A DNA stretch of 64,000 nt from Macrostomum lignano. Its lineage: Eukaryota. A program made the translations under genes and the position numbers. Location: assembly GCA_002269645.1 (NCBI GenBank), contig NIVC01001481.1, forward strand, positions 1-64,000, written 5' to 3'. Of the stretch, positions 61,664 to 64,000 are shown piece by piece (the stretch's first letter is position 1; each line of letters begins with the position of its first letter). The notes under the pieces were generated by a model. The model was not told the origin of the DNA. It ran no database searches and saw only the letters and a list, made by a program, of their open reading frames with translations.

Positions 61664-61891
61664 TCACTCCACATCCTTGAGGTCGGCTGGCAGCTCCATC
61701 TTGGGGTGCTTGGCCTCGAAGTGCATCTTGTAGGTCTTGATGTCCCCGATCTGAGCCTTGCACACGGTGCAGATGTACACCAGAGCTTTCTGAGCTGCCT
61801 TCTTCTGGTCAGAGCCTTGCGACTTTTTCATTGCGGCTTTCTTCTCAGCGTTTTTCTGCTGCGACTGGATCTTCTGGTGACCGCGGGCCAT
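61664..61891 (-). CDS. ZNF706: Zinc finger protein 706 homolog, copy 1 (75 aa, CDS uninterrupted)
   Basis: MARGHQKIQSQQKNAEK...KKAAQKALVYICTVCK...YKMHFEAKHPK...LPADL matches the conserved small ZNF706 C2H2 protein. Confidence 0.93.
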   Translation of the reverse strand: MARGHQKIQSQQKNAEKKAAMKKSQGSDQKKAAQKALVYICTVCKAQIGDIKTYKMHFEAKHPKMELPADLKDVE

Positions 61892-61933
61892 CTCTGTCCG
61901 GGCTCAGCGATTGGCTGCGGGAGGGCAACGTGT

Positions 61934-62590
61934 GATAGCCAATCAGAGCTCTCCGCCGCTCTCATATCTTGGGGAGGGAGTGGATAGCCAATCAGAGCTC
62001 TCCGCCGCTCTCATATCTTGGAGAGGGAGTGGATAGCCAATCAGAGCTCTTCGCCGCTCTCATATTTTGGGGAGGGGGTGGATAGCCAATCAGAGCTCTC
62101 CGCCGCTCTCATATCTTGGAGAGGGAGTGGATAGCCAATCAGAGCTCTCCGCCGCTCTCATATCTTGGGGAGGGAGTGGATAGCTAATCAGAGCTCTCTG
62201 CCGCTCTCATATCTTGGAGAGGGAGTGGATAGCCAATCAGAGCTCTTCGCCGCTCTCATATTTTGGGGAGGGAGTGGATAGCCAATCAGAGCTCTCCGCC
62301 GCTCTCATATCTTGGGGAGGGAGTGGATAGCCAATCAGAGCTCTCCGCCGCTCTCATATCTTGGAGAGGGAGTGGATAGCCAATCAGAGCTCTCCGCCGC
62401 TCTCATATCTTGGGGAGGGAGTGGATAGCCAATCAGAGCTCTCCGCCGCTCTCATATCTTGGGGAGGGAGTGGATAGCCAATCAGAGCTCTCCGCCGCTC
62501 TCATATCTTGGGTTGGGAGTGGATAGCCAATCAGAGCTCTCCGCCGCTCTTATATCTTGGGAAGGTAGTGGATAGCCAACCAGAGCTCTG
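61934..62590. repeat. 49-bp tandem array, 14 copies, each carrying agccaatc (CCAAT box); directly upstream of ZNF706 copy 1
   Basis: gatagccaa at 61934, 61983, 62032 ... 62571 (13 x 49). Confidence 0.96.
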
Positions 62591-63072
62591 AAATGACACA
62601 ACATCCATCTGAATTGGTATTAGAGCTAGTTGAATAAAATTTATTAAAGAAATAGCATCAATCAGCCAGGCAAAAAAAAACTGTTAGGAAAGCACCAGAA
62701 TGATGCTATTAAGTTCGTCGTATATTTAGATAAAAAAAGATTTTATCCGGACAATTTAAAGCAGAAATTTTGAGGCAGTGGCTTATTTTTGCTTCTCCTG
62801 CCTTAGTTGACAAGCGTTAACTACTTACTCGCAATGAAAAAAACAAGTAAACTCCAACGAATGTGTTTAAAAGTATAGGATAAATGGCCCACAAAGCGGT
62901 AATTCTGGCTGCTTTAATTTTTCAATACCTAGGGCTCAAAGTTTTTATAGGAAAATATAATCGGCCTCTAGTAATGGATCACAGAAGTACACTATATAGA
63001 CGGCAATGTCTGGATAACCGGACTCAGTCACTGATCGGACCTCCCGATAGCCCGACAAAATTTCCAAGCCTC

Positions 63073-63300
63073 TCACTCCACATCTTTGAGGTCGGCTGGC
63101 AGCTCCATCTTGGGGTGCTTGGCCTCGAAGTGCATCTTGTAGGTCTTGATGTCCCCGATCTGAGCCTTGCACACGGTGCAGGTGTACACCAGAGCCTTCT
63201 GAGCTGCCTTCTTCTGGTCAGAGCCTTGCGACTTTTTCATTGCGGCTTTCTTCTCAGCGTTTTTCTGCTGCGACTGGATCTTCTGGTGACCGCGGGCCAT
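63073..63300 (-). CDS. ZNF706: Zinc finger protein 706 homolog, copy 2 (75 aa, CDS uninterrupted)
   Basis: Differs from copy 1 at 3 of 228 nt (2 synonymous, 1 I/T change; YTCTVC here). Confidence 0.93.
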   Translation of the reverse strand: MARGHQKIQSQQKNAEKKAAMKKSQGSDQKKAAQKALVYTCTVCKAQIGDIKTYKMHFEAKHPKMELPADLKDVE

Positions 63301-63353
63301 CTCTGTCCGGGCTCAGCGATTGGCTGCGGTGGTGGGCACAAGCGGCTTACTTA

Positions 63354-63354
<1 letters not shown>

Positions 63355-63396
<42 letters not shown>

Positions 63397-63469
63397 GCCT
63401 GCCTGTCTGTCTGCCTGTCTGTCTGTCTGTCTGCCTGCCTGCCTGCCTGCCTGTCTGTCTGTCTGTATG

Positions 63470-63555
<86 letters not shown>

Positions 63556-63560
63556 GGTCT

Positions 63561-63618
<58 letters not shown>

Positions 63619-63639
63619 TAATCAATCAATTAATCAATT

Positions 63640-63687
<48 letters not shown>

Positions 63688-63704
63688 TATCTATCTATCT
63701 TTTT

Positions 63705-63743
<39 letters not shown>

Positions 63744-63745
63744 GT
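63355..63745. repeat. Compound microsatellite (TGTC)n-(TGCC)n-(TCAA)n-(TCTA)n upstream of ZNF706 copy 2
   Basis: Direct inspection. Confidence 0.96.
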
Positions 63746-64000
63746 CTACCAATCTACCAATCTATTTATTACATCATATTATAACCAATTTAAAAAAAGC
63801 GAGTAGTCTGCATGCCCGTAAAGAAGGAGCAAATCTAAGCGCACAGAAGCTTCAACAAAGTGTATTGAGAAGTCTGAAAATTCAAACTTTCTGGGCATTT
63901 TTAAGACAGGGATGACAAAATAAACAGAATTCGGTCGCGGCAATAACTGTTTAATATGGCCGCGCGTGTGATAGCAAAGTTAAAGCATTTCAAAAATAAT

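Overview
Eukaryotic (invertebrate animal) genomic DNA with GC-rich exons, short GT-AG introns and a very high load of mini- and microsatellites. The style suggests a free-living flatworm such as Macrostomum, but that is inference. I reconstructed these genes by hand: the 3' part of MTAP (+); a 42-exon, ~5,870-aa single-pass Uninflatable/SVEP1-like receptor (-, 6886-31289); an intronless Na+/K+-ATPase beta subunit (-); a spliced pentapeptide-repeat gene missed by the ORF track (-, 35648-36863); a two-pore-domain K+ channel (+); and two near-identical ZNF706 copies (-). Mobile DNA includes two tRNA-derived SINE families, a 5'-truncated RTE-type LINE with TSD, telomere-like arrays and about 20 tandem arrays. 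There is no CRISPR array and no prokaryotic system. The most interesting observations are: (1) four tandem Ly6/SEA-like/discoidin-like cassettes inside the Uif-like receptor; (2) a repeat exon open in two frames of opposite charge, (EATEP)n versus (KRLSL)n, each with a phase-compatible upstream donor; (3) a 14-copy CCAAT-box array next to a ZNF706 duplicate; (4) recurrent tail-to-tail SINE pairs; (5) a possible (KV)n amphipathic N-terminus on the K2P channel.
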